Shown here: positions 1 through 13,888 of the stretch, piece after piece | Layout of the letters: the number at the start of each line of letters is the position of its first letter | Position numbering within the stretch: position 1 is the first letter of the stretch | Source of the DNA: Octopus sinensis | Lineage: Eukaryota | DNA length: 64,000 nt | Assembly (NCBI RefSeq): GCF_006345805.1 | Contig: NC_043018.1 | Span: forward strand, 12,214,001-12,278,000 | Direction of reading: 5' to 3' | The notes under the pieces: model-generated | Database searches by the model: none | Seen by the model: only the letters and a program-made list of their open reading frames with translations | Told to the model about the DNA's origin: nothing | Position numbers and translations under genes: made by a program

Positions 1-21
1 AACGCCAGGCGATACTGCTAG
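1..21 (+). mobile_element. Helitron 3' terminus (element lies before window)
   Basis: AACGCCAGGCGATACTGCTAG|T: half hairpin plus CTAG before T. Confidence 0.5.
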
Positions 22-109
22 TTTAAATACATTTTCTCACAGACCAAAAGTTTTTGAAAGGTTTGTCTTTCAACTATAACATATATGTATGAATAATTAT
101 GTGTAATTT

Positions 110-400
110 TTTTTACAGGTGTGGCTATGGTAATAAGCTGGATCCTGTGCAGGTGGCACATAAAAAGCACTGTTTGAGCGTGGCCGTTGCCAGTACTGCC
201 TGACTGACCCTCATGCCCGTGGCACGTATAAGCACCCACTACACTCTCGGAGTGGCTGGTGTTAGGAAGGGCATCCAGCTGTAGAAACTCTGCCAGATCA
301 GATTGGAGCCTGGTGCAGCCATCTGGTTCACCAGTCCTCAGGTAAATCGTCCAACCCATGCTAGCATGCAAAGCGGATGTTAAACGATGATGATGATGAT
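110..400 (+). mobile_element. SINE family C (internal ~40-bp tandem units, tail ending (GAT)n)
   Basis: gttaggaagggcatccagctgtagaaa...ccaacccatgctagcatg...gatgatgat. Further copies at ~9420-9770(-), 11900-12270(-), 17480-17740(-), 25113-25440(-), 60897-61130(+). Confidence 0.8.
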
Positions 401-525
401 ACCAATAGTTCTTCACTTCAAACAATTGTCCAGAATGCTTCTTGAATTTACAGTAAAGAGTATATTAAATTAAACAACCTCAACAACCTAATGATAAAAA
501 TTAACGAGATCACTTGATTCCTCAC

Positions 526-621
526 CTGTTTTGCAATGAGCAGCTTCAGTAAAGGGCCGGCCTTGTTTGCTGATTTCAACATCTGTTCAACAAATACTTC
601 TTGCTGAGGAGAGTTCAATAT
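526..621 (-). CDS. INTS1: INTS1 exon 32
   Basis: ttttcag acceptor; ILNSPQQEVFVEQMLKSANKAGPLLKLLIAKQ aligns by eye to vertebrate LLSSPHGG...ACPLLRQLCQYQ; donor CAG|GTGAGG. Confidence 0.8.
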
Positions 622-3600
622 CTGAAAAGAAAAAAGAAAAAAGGAAGGAATTTGCAACTGAATGTTTCACTGGCTTTATTCTTTCAATACAAACCTGCCA
701 AAGACCATCTGTAAGTTCCTACTTATCAAAGCACCCACAACTGCCGATATATAAAAATCTTGCGATTGATATAAAGCTATAATGTAAGATCTCAGTCAAT
801 AAACATATATTGTGTTTCAAACATGAATGCGAGCAATAATTTTTTTTTTTTTAAATTATCTATTTTGCTGCTAAACCTATGCAAATTTTTGATTATTTTG
901 AGCTGTGAATTTGGGTTTGAGATGAAAGGTCATGAAAGTGTCAAAACGAACACGTGCACACACACACACACGGTACCTTGAGTGAGCATCTTCTACAACA
1001 GCCTTGTGAGTGGATTTGGTAGAAAACTGAACGCCCATGTATATATTTGTGCATTGTGAAATGAAATTCTTTTGTGGCATAAACTGCGATGCCACTAACC
1101 TGCCAAGTATGATAAACAATAGAATTGGATGGCAACAGAGAATCGCGGGAATCCATGCAAACCACATGAATGAATTATGATGAAGATGATAACCAAAATT
1201 TGAAACCATTGTTGTTATTCTCCGCTGAAGACTGTATATTGCTCAAAAGCAAATACCATCATGAGTGTTATCCAGGCTCCAGTGGAAAAGTGAACCACTG
1301 AATTTGGTTAAAAAGAGACGATGAGCAACAACTAGAAGAATATTGAGTGAAACCAAGAAACCAGATGATCTCACAAATAATTTCACATTGCGTTTGTTGA
1401 ATATTTTATGGTATCTATGTGTACGTAAAAAGAACTTATTGAGGGCCCTAAAGAAGATGTCAGGTATTATCTGTAGCAATGTTCAGTGCAAGGGAGTGGG
1501 GCTAAACCAGAATTTCAGTTTTACTTATGTGTGTTTTCTTTATATGTACAATCATACATAAAAGAATAGCCAAACATTAATTGAAAACTGAATAGATTTG
1601 GGTGAAACATTTTTACAAAGGAAAAATGTTGACAGTGACTTCAAAGTTTGGCCATGGACTAGTTTCTGATAACAGTAGAAGCAACTATCAAATAAAAAAA
1701 ACTCAAGGTGCAAACTCTTAAGATCCTGTTGAAAATTGTCATATTTATAATGGTTTTGTTACAGAAGTGAATGACAGACGAAGGAATTAGAGTTTTTTCC
1801 CTTTATCTTAAGAAGTTCTTCACTTCCTCCAAAAGCAATGTAAACAACTCGAGTGCAATTTATGTAACAACATGTTTCATGAACAGATGAGCAATGTAGA
1901 CCCAGATGACATTGTATCATGTAGAAAGTTAGGAGTTAATCACCGGCTGAATGTTTCAATTTTGTCAGATTTGCTCAGACATGATCGGTAAACACAAACC
2001 ATTCTGTAGGCTATCATCAATCATTATAAAAAAATATATTTTCTTTATCTCCACACACACACACAAACATGTATATACACATCTATATACATACATACAT
2101 ACAACACACACACATGTAGCAATGTAATGCAACAGAACGCTGTCTACAGTATACAATTCCCATATAATTCTATGAGCATTGACCAAACTCTGTAGGAGTC
2201 TGTTTCTGAACTACTACAGAAAATGCTGTTTGGAATCTTTATTTGGCCAGAAAGTACCAGTAATTTTAAGAACTCACTACTTACCAAGCTAAGGGCCTTT
2301 GTGATATTTAATGCCACTTCATTGCTGGATGTCAAACTCTGAAGAGAAATGGAGAATGAGAAGAATGTGACAAAATGTTATACATTGAGAAACTTGCAGA
2401 AATACCACAATTTTTTCAAAGATGAAGAAAATATTTAGAAAACATAAAAAGATCCAAACAAAAACAGGAAATAATGACAAAAGGTCAGTTTTAGAGTTTT
2501 AATGTGAATTCAAGTAAAAAGGTTCCACAAACTTCCTCCACCCCAAATAATGATGATATTTCTTCCAAATATTGGCACAGGGCTAGTAATTCTAGGAGGG
2601 GACAATTAAATACATGCCCAATAAACAAACACAAATTTATATGCAAATGTGAGCCAGCATGGAAAGCGGACATTAAATGATGATGAAGATGATGTGTACA
2701 TGAATGGTCTTATGTGCCCATGAGGTTAGATATGTGTATCTGTATGGATGCACATATAGAACTATAAATGTATGCACGTACACAGACATGTAAGTTTTTA
2801 CAATAATTTGCTTTTGGTTTTAGGAATTTACAACTTATTCTTCTATATTTTCTAAATTTTTAAGGATCTTGTGACACAGTTTTGAATGTTTCTATCATAT
2901 TATTGTATTTTATTCACTATTATTCAACCATTTCTATTTATTTTAATTTATTTTAGTTTACAAAATATCCTTGATTTTTATTTCCTTTTATTTTAATTTA
3001 TAATTTTGTGTGGCCACCTAATTTAGGGAGGAGTCAGCTTACTGCATTTAGCCAAAGAAAGGGTAAGAGGTTGCTGAACAAATGAACAAACAGAACTATA
3101 AATTACGGACAGTGACTTAACAAATTAAAGAAACCACACCTCTTTTTGCAGTTGATCTAAGAGAGACATGTGATTGACAGTTTGAAAAGCGTTTTAACCA
3201 CTCCTACTCAGTTTGTAACTCAGTCATACATTCTTTGTCCTGTAACGGTTGATACACAATACTAAATCTATTTCGATAACAAGCAGTCGTGTACCTGATG
3301 TGAAGGCAGATTAACCCCTGATTTGCTGGATTTTCTACTTCTGAAACACATGTACAGAACTCTGACTATCCATATATCCCATAAGTATAGTCCACCCTTG
3401 AGTATAATACGCAGGGGATTTTTAGGGGGCTGTACCTCTGAAAAACCTAAACCTTGTGTTTAATATGCACCACTTCTCTAACTTGAGTTGTGCATAATTA
3501 AGCCAGCAGCACCTGGTCGAACAAACACTTCCGTGCATCTCTCTATATATAAAAGGCAAAATGTCTGTGTGTGTCCTTTATACAAATCCACAATTTTTCA

Positions 3601-6600
3601 GTTAGAGGGCTCGCACTTTCTATGGTCATTCAAAACCGTCCAAGGGTGGTTGTGCACATCTTTACATTTCCCCAGTCACCCAACAAAGCCATTAAAAAAT
3701 CAATAGAAATGACTTTTTTGTGAATTTTCTATCCAAAACCCAATCAAAATGCCCGAAACCTGATACGCCAATTGAATACCAGCTAGCTGTGTGTGATTGG
3801 TTGGAGATTTGGACAGTACTCACGTGTATGTGCACACACACGCAGCTGTATATGCAAGCACTAGCACTATGACCTGGCGTTGCCGGGTCATAGTGATAGT
3901 ATATGTATATATGATTATATATATATATGACGGGCTTCTTTCAATTTCTGTCTACCAAATCTACTCACAAGGTTTTGGTCGGCTCATGGCTATAGAAGAC
4001 AGTTGTCCAAGGTACCACGCAGTGAGATTGAACCCGGAAGTACGTGGTTGGGAAGCAAGCTCCTTGTGTGTAATACAATAATGGTGATGTTCTCAACTGT
4101 TATATGGGAATGTAAATATGTTTGCAAATTGTTTTTGTTAATATTATTCTGTGTTCTGAATACATTTATTTTAATCAATGTTGCTTACTTCAAGTTATGG
4201 ATGATTCTTTTATGATTTCATTGCTTTCATGTAATCAACTTGCCTTCCCCTCAAAAATACTAGCGCTGTGCCAAAATCTGAAACTGGTATTATTAAGTTC
4301 CCACCAGTTTTTGGAAATTTATAAAAACAAAGATTACCTTTAATATTTTTTGGTACTGTCCAGCAGCCAAAGAGTTACTGTTCACAGGACTTGAAACAAA
4401 TAACTAAAAAATAGAATGAAATGAAAGGCCATTTGTAAGAAGTGGGATAAAAGGTTATGTGGTAAGTGAAGTTGGTGGGGAGAGTAGAAATAGCGAAAAA
4501 AGAAATAAAGTGAAAAAAAAAGGATGTTGAGAAGTAGAAAGGGAAATAGAGGCAATTGAGGTGTTGATGAGGCAAAAGTACAGAGAAATGTAAGGATTAT
4601 TAATCAATGGGTAAGTGGGAATGAAAAGTTGAAACATTAGAAGGCTCCGAATTTAAAATGGTCATAGACATTTCAGAGACAGAGAGATCAATAGATAGAT
4701 CCGTTTCCTTGTCAATATCATCAGCTGACTGACCACTAACACAATCAAGTCTCTCTCTGTGCTTGTCTGACTCTTTTCCACAACTTATTTACTATTCTTT
4801 TTAAAAGCTGTAGTAAGCACACTCAAAGCGTGACTGATTTTCAATCAACAATTTTGGATTCATTTGAATTTTCACTGACATCAGTCAAAGAATATGACTT
4901 GTAGTTGTTGAGCATCGTTGCTTAGGTTTCTCTTGACACCAACACATCTGTGAACTACTTTGATCTGATTCCAAAGATTACTACAAGACCCTTGGTCAGA
5001 CTATTGCTGACATGACAAACTACAGGTTACAACTTTTCATATTAGGAATCCCAAAGAATTCCAAGTTTGAATCACAGCAGAGATCTGCTACAGACTGTTT
5101 TCAGTTGAACTCACAAAATACATTGAGGCAATAAGTACCAAACGGCGGTTCACAGGTTTGTTAAAGCAATGGTGAACTCAAAAAGGAATATTAGAAAAGG
5201 AAGGAAGGCAGAGAAGAGGGAAAGAGTGAAAGCAAGAGGGAAAGGAAAGAAAAGAAAGGAAGAAAGAAAGGAAAGAAGAAAGGATTGAATAAAGGAGGTA
5301 AATAAGAGGTTTATATACTAACTTGTTGCAGATATGTTACCATATCTTTAATCTCGGTAGAAAGTGTTACTTGACCAGTTTTTGGTGGGGGGGTCCATTC
5401 TGATGACTTAGACTCTTCATAATCCATTGCAAAATCTTCTGATCAACGAAAAAAAACAAAAAAACAACAGTTCACCAGATAAAAAAAAGTAACAAAACTC
5501 ACACAACAAATTCTCTAAACAATTACCAGACAATAAATGACAGAAACACAGACATCCATACAAAGCACGTAGTCTTACTTTTATTGATCCCGAAAGGACG
5601 ATAGTCAAAGCGCCCTTACCTTGTGATGACATATAACTGACCCCCAATACTACGACACATACTATACTCCACCAACAATTCATGTAACACGTATACTATA
5701 AAATTACAAGGCACTAAAACACAATAAACCAGCCAGTCGTCTGATCACCTGTCAATCTGGTAGGTACAATAAACAAATGGACTCCATCCTCATCAAAAAC
5801 AGGGACAGGTAGATGCTTGCATATGGGAAGTCCTTCCTTGGTGAAGAATATAAAACCCAAAATAGATTAGTTTCTTCAGAATAAGAACTAGGAAACCCAA
5901 ACACAGAAACTAGTTCAGAAATTGAAGATATGGAAGCTTTAAGAATCATTGAACAGTCAGAGATTAAGAGACGCTCTAATTGAAGAATTGGAGACACGTA
6001 ACAGGAGAAAAGAGAATATTCTTGCAGGACTGGAAAAATGGATGCAGTAGAGAATTATACCAGGTAGCTAGAAGAGAAGCTAGGTGAGAGAAGCAGAAAG
6101 GAAGAGATTTGCCAATGTTCTACAGCACGAGAACCAGAAGCATGAGGTATGCCAGATTGCAAGACAATGAATCAAAGAAGAATGAAGACATCGTGGCAGA
6201 GAAACGTGTAGAGAAAGGATAAAAAGTAGAGTTGCAGTTAGGAAGGAGGCATGGAATTTATACCATTAAATGTGGAGAATAGATGGGTGAAAGAGCAAGT
6301 TCCTAATGTGAAGGATATGAAAACAAGGAAAGCCCTTGATCTACCAGGAATTATCACTAAGATGCTTAAACAATCAGTTGAAATAGGATACAGTAAAGTC
6401 ACCTGTATAATTAATCAGGAAGGTATCATACCTAGCAACTGGTATGGCAGCCGTACAGTCAACTGTTGCAAGGGTAAAGGAGAGAAGTAACCATGGAGGC
6501 ATCAAGCTGCTGGACTGAAGCATGAATGTGACAGAAAGGGTTGCAGAGAGTTAATCTAGATGAGACGTAGTTCGGTTTCGTGCCAGGGAGAAATGCTATT

Positions 6601-7288
6601 GATGCTATCTTTCGAATAAAGAAAAACCAAAAGTATTTAGCCAAAAGCAAACTGCTGACCTGGAGGAAGCAATGAATTTAGTGTGCAGAGAGAGGTTCAC
6701 CAGGGCTCAGTTCTCAGTCCTTCTCTATTTATCATAGTCCTCCAGGCCATAACAGAGCAGCTTAAAAATGGTTACCTATGGCAATACCCCTATGCTGATC
6801 ACCTTGTTATGAAGTAGAATTCAAAGAGACATTCCAAATGTGGAAGCAAATTCTGGAATCAAAGGCCTTAAAGTTAAATTGACACAGACCAAAGTTAGCA
6901 GGAAAACAGACAAATCACTAATCTCTTCAGGATATGTAGAAAAGGTGTTGACAGAAATTCCATTTGGGGTCTCCACTGCAATCTATGAACAGAAGTGCAA
7001 TGGACTGGCAGGAAGTTGACAGAGAAAGCAGACTTCCCATCATCTCACATTTCTTAACTGTCCATGCTTTTATCATACTGTTGCTCACCACCCACCCTCT
7101 TTATGTCCTCTTCCCCGACCCACTCCTATTTCTTCTGATTGGACACCCCTCCACTTGTGTTCACCACTCACTGCATTCGTCTCTATCCCATCTTTAACCA
7201 TCTGTCACTCTTCATACTCTTAACTTACCTACCCACCCACGCTTCTCATTTCTAGTTTATGCAGTCACTGTGGAAAACAGTGGGGGAG

Positions 7289-7332
<44 letters not shown>

Positions 7333-10300
7333 AGGGGTGCATGGGTTGACTGACCTTCTTCATTAGTCGTGGAAGGACTGTTTTCTTTGAGCATCTTCAG
7401 AAATACATGACCTCCCTCGGCCCCGCGAGTGTGTTGGATATCAATGAGCTGGGCTAGGTAACACTTGTCAACACCGGCCTGGTCCAGAACCAAGCAATCC
7501 ATCTTGACAGCATGGTCAAGATACTTGAGCAGTTTTGTCATGCTGGACACAGGGATACCAAATGATTGCACAAACAAGAAGAGCTGAGCAGGGTCGAGGT
7601 CTTGAAGCGCTGCAAAGAGAAAGAGGATGGCAAAATGTTGATGTTTCCACATAGTATTAAGGAGGGAGCAGAGAGACAGACGTGAAGGAGAAAAGAAAGA
7701 GGAGATACAAAAGACAGTAGGGGACAAAAACAAGAAGAGACAAAAGAAAAAGGGAGAGGAGATAAGAGAGTGGGAAGAAAGGAGGAAACACAAACGAAAA
7801 AGGAGGATGAAAAGTAAAAAGAAGAAAAAAAAAATCAAAGGCAGAAAAAGGAAAAAATAATGGAGAAGAGGAGATGGCATGAGACGTGAACGTTAAGAAC
7901 ATCAAACTGAAGATGAACAACTTACCAGCATCAATAAGTCTCTCGATGCTGGACCTAATCATACGTAGTTTCAACCAGTCTGGGAGTAAAAGAGCCTCTT
8001 CTGAAGTGTCAAGGAGGAAGGCATTAGGTGGGCTACCTTCTTCAGGGAACCAAATCTTGAGTAATTCTTCATAATATGTTTCTCCATCTGATAACAAAAT
8101 AGCAACAGGTTAAGATTAATTTTACATTCAAACAAACATAGACACAGCTAGATATTTTGTGCTGAAAACACAGGCTTGTCTGACCATTATTAAAGGCTTG
8201 AATCTTTGATAATCCTTTTGGGGTCAATAAATTAAGTACCAGTTACGCACTGGGGTCAATGTAATCGACTTAATCCCTTTGTTTGTCCCCTCTATGTTTA
8301 GCCCCTTGTGGGCAATAAAGAAATAAAACATATACAACAGGCTTCCATACAGATTCCATCCACCAAGAATTTGAGACCACGAGGCAACAAAAAAAAGAAC
8401 TCTGCCTCTACACAGCCAAGCGTTATTGAGACAAAAACAGTAAATAGGAAGTTAGAAAGGAAAGAGGGAAAGCTATACCTTTAGGTGGCCCATATGTCAG
8501 CAAAATGATCATGGCATGTACCACCAGCACAAGCATTGTTGCCGAGTCCCCAGACTCCCACTGAAGTATGATTTGATCCTGAGTGTTAGACTGTTGGAGG
8601 AAGCAAACAAACATTCCATTAGTTACAGAAACATGCATTGAGATTATGATGAGACGAAAGAAGGAAGGAGTGGGGTGTCAACGATAATCTCCTCCCCTCC
8701 ATACAAGTAATGCTTTTGCAGGATCAGGGCTGACCTGGGGCTAATATTACCACAAAGAAATAAATTTGGAGGTATGAAGATGATTAAAGCAACACCAATA
8801 TACAATCACTACTTATTGTATTGTCTTCAGACAAATGAATGGCATAATTAACTGCCAGGGTTTGAACACAGATCAAAAACATGCGACACCACAAAGTACT
8901 CGTCTCCTTCATTCCCCAAGAGATTTTAAAATATTTTTTTATTTTTACCAACCATTTTAATGCAGCCATGTCAGAGCATTGCATTAAAAATATCTTCGTC
9001 AATTCTATCAACCACAGTAATTTGCCCAGTACTTATTTCATTAACCCTTTAAGCATTCAGATGTAAGGCTCATCCATTCAAATAGCTTTCAGATGGTAGA
9101 GGAACAAACATAGACACAAAGAGACATACACACACACAGCAGGCTTCTTTCAGTTTCCGTCTGCCAGATACATTCACAAGGCTTTGGTTGGTTCAAGGTT
9201 ATAGTAGAAGACACTTGCCCAAAGTGCCATGCAGTGGGACTGAACCCCAAACCATGTGGTGGAGAAACAATCTTCTTACCACACAGTCACGTATATGTGT
9301 GCGTGTGTCATACGAGAAGCTTCTGTACAGTTTCCAGTTACCAGAATGACGAAGATAATAATGGTGGAAATGATAATAACTGAAGAGCTGATGATGGTGA
9401 ATAAAACAATGAGAATAATAATCATCATCATCATTGATGCTGGCATGGGTTGGACGATTTGACTGAGGGCTGGCGAACCAGATGGCTGCACCAGGCCCCA
9501 ATCTTGATCTGGCAGAGTTTCTAAAGCTGGATGCCCTTCCTAACGCCAACCACTCCAAGAGTGTAGTGGGTGCATTTTACGTGCCACCAGCACAGGGGCC
9601 AGTCAGGTGGTACTGGCAACGACCTCACTCGAAAGTTTTTGCACAGGTGCCAGTAAGGCGACGCAGGTAACGATCATGCTCAAATGGTGCCTTTTACACG
9701 CCACCGGCACGGAAGCCAGTTAGCCGCTCTGGCAATGATCACGCTTGGATGGTGCTCTTGGCACCCCAGAAGATGGTAATAAAGAAGATAAATGATGAAG
9801 AAACCAAGACGGCTCTTGTGCGTTCTTACCCAATCGTAAGCCTCTTTATCCGGTTCTTTTGCTCTGCGAATATATTTGGTATAAAGGGAGAGAACTGCAG
9901 TTAAGGTTCGGTTTGCCAGTTCTGGTCTGTCACTTTCAGGAGGCACCACGTGACTCATCACAGTCGTGCGTTCAACAATCAGCTGTGCAACTTCCTACAT
10001 GTACAAAAGTGCAGAGTTAAACACACCAATATCTCCGTAGCAACTTTCTGCTACAACATTACCTGCAATTTGGTTCACACTTGTATTAAAATAAACTAAA
10101 ATTAAAATAAACTGACTGAAATCTGTTTGCAATCAAATGAATAAATCATTAAGGAATCGGATTTACGGATTTTGGGAAACCAATTGAAAGTTGTGACATC
10201 CATGCTATTTTTTTTGCAGGAGTCATGTGTGTTTGTATAACAGAAATAGGTACAGCTGAAAATTTAATCAGGTTTTACAATCATTTTCTACACTTTTTAT

Positions 10301-13300
10301 TTTAATTAAAAAATTTTTTTATTTATTTACTTATTTATTTTTGTTTGTTATTGTAGAAAAACTTCCTAACAAATAAACAACTAAATTCACCTGAAAAAAA
10401 AAAAATAATAATAGAGACTAAACGTTCTCCCTCTATGCGTAGATGATTAAAAATTATTTATAACATTGACCCCTTTTGTGTTCCAATATTTCCTTTGGAA
10501 TGTTCTGCTTTTGTTTCAATTCATTCTTAAAATACAGAAAAATATCGTAAGGTAACTGTCTCGATCAAGATGATGTTAGGAACACAATTCCATAGAATTC
10601 TGATAACAGGTTTTGATTTAGATCACATTAGAACAAGAAGTTTGTATCATAGAATCATGAAGGGTATTAAAAGGGTTTCAGAGAAAGAGAGAGAGAGAGA
10701 GAGAGAGATGGGGGTGGGGAGAAGAAGAGCAATTACTTACAAATGCCAGGTCATCTAAATTCTGTAAACTGACATCTTTAACATGACGGTCTAAGAAGAT
10801 GACATACGCGCTGACCAGAGTTGGGTCAGTTTCAACACGACAGGCCTGGAAATACAGAATTAGTATCGGTCAACAAGTTCAAAACAAGGATTGGTGGTAG
10901 AGTGGTCAATTGATGGTAAGTTAAAAGTGCAGTGACATATTGATTGGAAAAATGTGATGGGCAGCTTTAATATTGATACTTCACTGAATCGACAGAGTTG
11001 TTAGAGCATCCGAGGGAACGTTTTGTGCTATTTGTTCCAACCCTCTGAGGTTCGAGTTCAAACAGTGGGAGACAGAATGAGGTAAAGGGTCGATGGGCTG
11101 CCACTGGTATAAGGGGGAAAGGAGGAGGTGAAAAGGGGCATTCAATGGAAAATAAAGTGGCAAGGGATGACACTCATAATGTGTCAAACAAAGGAAGTAA
11201 TGAGAGGTGGGGGGGATGCAATAGGGGCAGTTCCAGGTTTCCCATTCCTCTTCATCATTTTCCGTTTCTCTAGCATTTGCTTCATCTCCTCTAATTCCAT
11301 CAACTAAAACCCTTTAAGGCAGTGCTCCAGCATAGCCGCAGTCAAATGACTGAAACAAGAAAATGAATATGGTAACCTATCTGTACATGGCCAAAACCAA
11401 CTTGGTGGCCGAGTGCTGGACCGAGCAACGATGGACAACGGTAAACGAGACCAACAAACTGATTGAACAAGATTGGTCCAGTCCAGTGCACTGGACCAAG
11501 CTTGTCCAGTGCACTGGACCAAACCAGTGGAAAGAAAAGTGTGTGGGGGCTCAACAAAATGAGAAGAACACTAAAAGGAGACTTACCTTTCGAATTGCAT
11601 AGCAGGCCTGGGTCCGGAGGGAATCAAACAAAGGTAAACTGGGGAGGTAGAGAAGTAACCATTTGTGTTGTGGAATCAACTTCAGAAACTCTTCTTCTTG
11701 TTCGTCCACTTTGATGGGTTCAATCTCAGATGGAGGAATGTGAGACATAGACACAACAAGTGACAGACCCTGTTAATGAATCAGATAACGAGTGAAATAA
11801 ATAAGCAAACAAACAAAAAAAAAATTCCAAGTAAAAAACTAGAGAAATAAAAAATTTTCAGTTTTTTGTATTTAATCCTCATCAACCATCCTCGTTTAGT
11901 TTCTGCTTTCCTGGCAGGCATGGGTTAGATGGTTTAACTGGAACTGGTAAGCCAGAGAGCTGCACCAGGTTCCCATTTGATCTGACATGGTTTCTATGGT
12001 AGGTACCCTTCCTAGCACCAACCAGTCCAAGAGTGTAATGGGTGCTTTTTATATGGCACCAGCATGAGGGCCTCAGCCTCATCAATGATTCCACTTTGCT
12101 TTGACAAGTCTTCTCAAGCATGGTTCACTGCCAGAGTTCTGAGTCCCTTTATCATTGCCTCTGTGAGGCCCAATGTTCAAAGGGTGCTTTTCACATGCCA
12201 CTAGTATGGGTGCCTGTTATGTGACACCAGCATCAGTCAAGACCATGGTTTCACTTGACGGAGCTTCTCAAGCACAGTGTGTGTGTGTGTGTGTGTGTGT
12301 GTTGACATCACATGATGGTTGTGAATGAGCATCACTGTCATAAATGCAACGTTGTTTGTTTCCAATCCTTTGTGAAAAAAAAAAACAATGTCAGGCCATC
12401 AACGCTGTAGAAATACCTGCTTCAACAAATTCCATCTGGCCCATGGAAGCATGCTAAAATGGTGAATTTGAATGAAAGTTTTCTGTTTAAACTCACCTGA
12501 TTTAACATTATCATTATTGCTTTGATAAGTAACACCTACCTTGATAGCCAGACTTCGACTTGAAGCTTGGCTGGAAGATAGTCTCTTGAAAAAATAGTCC
12601 ATAACTTCAAAAGTGGTGGTGCTATCACTTGATGGACTGTGCACCAGCATTTGCAGTTTGGCCAGCAGCTGTTCTTGTTTCTTCATTTTCTGAAAAACAG
12701 AAAGTAGATGGACATTAGCAATGCGTCCTGGCATTGCCCGGGTGTTATGACCCACAACCACATTGTATTACTTGTTCCTTTCTTATAGGCAGAATCAGCA
12801 CAGCCATTGTATAGTGAATTGGATTACTGGTGTAAGGAAAGGGGGAGGGGTACAATTTGAATGGGTTTTCATGAAAGTGCTTTCCCTTCTTAAGAAGGAT
12901 CACAAATTATGTATGTTGCACTGTTGATCGTACCCCACTTTTCCAGGTAGAGATGATAATGGTGAACCAGCGAGTTATCGATGAAGTAGCTCATTCTCTG
13001 CAGATTAATCATGGTTCTGCCTATCAAATTATCAATGGTGAGCTCGGCTTCCATAAAGTCTGTGCAAGATGGCTTACTGCAGAGCACAAGCACAAACATC
13101 TTGAAGTCTGCTAACGTTTACTCAATTGCTACAAGAATGAGGGTGAGGAATTACTGAGCAGAATAGTCACAGGGGATGAAATGTGGGTCCATCATTATGA
13201 GGTCGAATCCAGGAGAGAGAGTATGGAGTGGAAACATCCTGGCTCGCCAGGGACAAAAAAAGATTCAAGACTCAGTTTTCCATGGGAAAGGTGTTGCTAA

Positions 13301-13843
13301 CCCTTTTTTGGGACTCAAAAGGGTCTAAACTGGAAGACTACCTGGAAAAGGGGTGCACAATCAACAGTGCAAGACACAGTGCTTTGCTGGCCAACAAACG
13401 GAAGCCAGCAGTTTGCACCAAACACCCCAAACGCCTATTGTCGAAGAAAGCTTTGTTGTTGCATGATGATGCATGCCCACACACAGCTGCCCCTTCCCCA
13501 GGCCATTGAAACCCTTAACTAATTGGGTTTTGAGGTGCTGGAACACCCTGCCTACAGCCTAGATCTTGGCCCTTCCGACTATCATGTCTTAGGACTACTC
13601 AAAGATGGTTGATTTCCTATGGATGAAGATGCGAAGGAAGTGGTGCATAAATGGTTGCACAACCAACCAAAAACCTTCTTCTTGGAGGAATACACAAGCT
13701 TGTGGACCGCTGGACCAAGTGCATCGAAAAGGAAGGAGACTATAGTGAAAAATGGTGAGGACATGTCTATCCCCTGCTTTTGTGGAAGTACACTGAGAAA
13801 ACAAGAGGATGCAGAATTTTTTACTTTCCCTCATGTATATATA

Positions 13844-13888
<45 letters not shown>

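Noticed and set aside
1343-1561. Plus-strand 72-aa ORF
   Set aside because: TTG start, stop just upstream, no identifiable family; probably an old transposon remnant.
3295-3340. 46-nt AG/GT-bounded segment in intron 30
   Set aside because: Weak donor (GTACAC) and immediate AAG TAG stop; not needed for frame; less exon-like than 42797-42857.
5752-5997. Minus-strand ORF as candidate INTS1 exon
   Set aside because: No similarity to INTS1; lies antisense to LINE-derived sequence; exon 29 at 5323-5438 fits phase instead.
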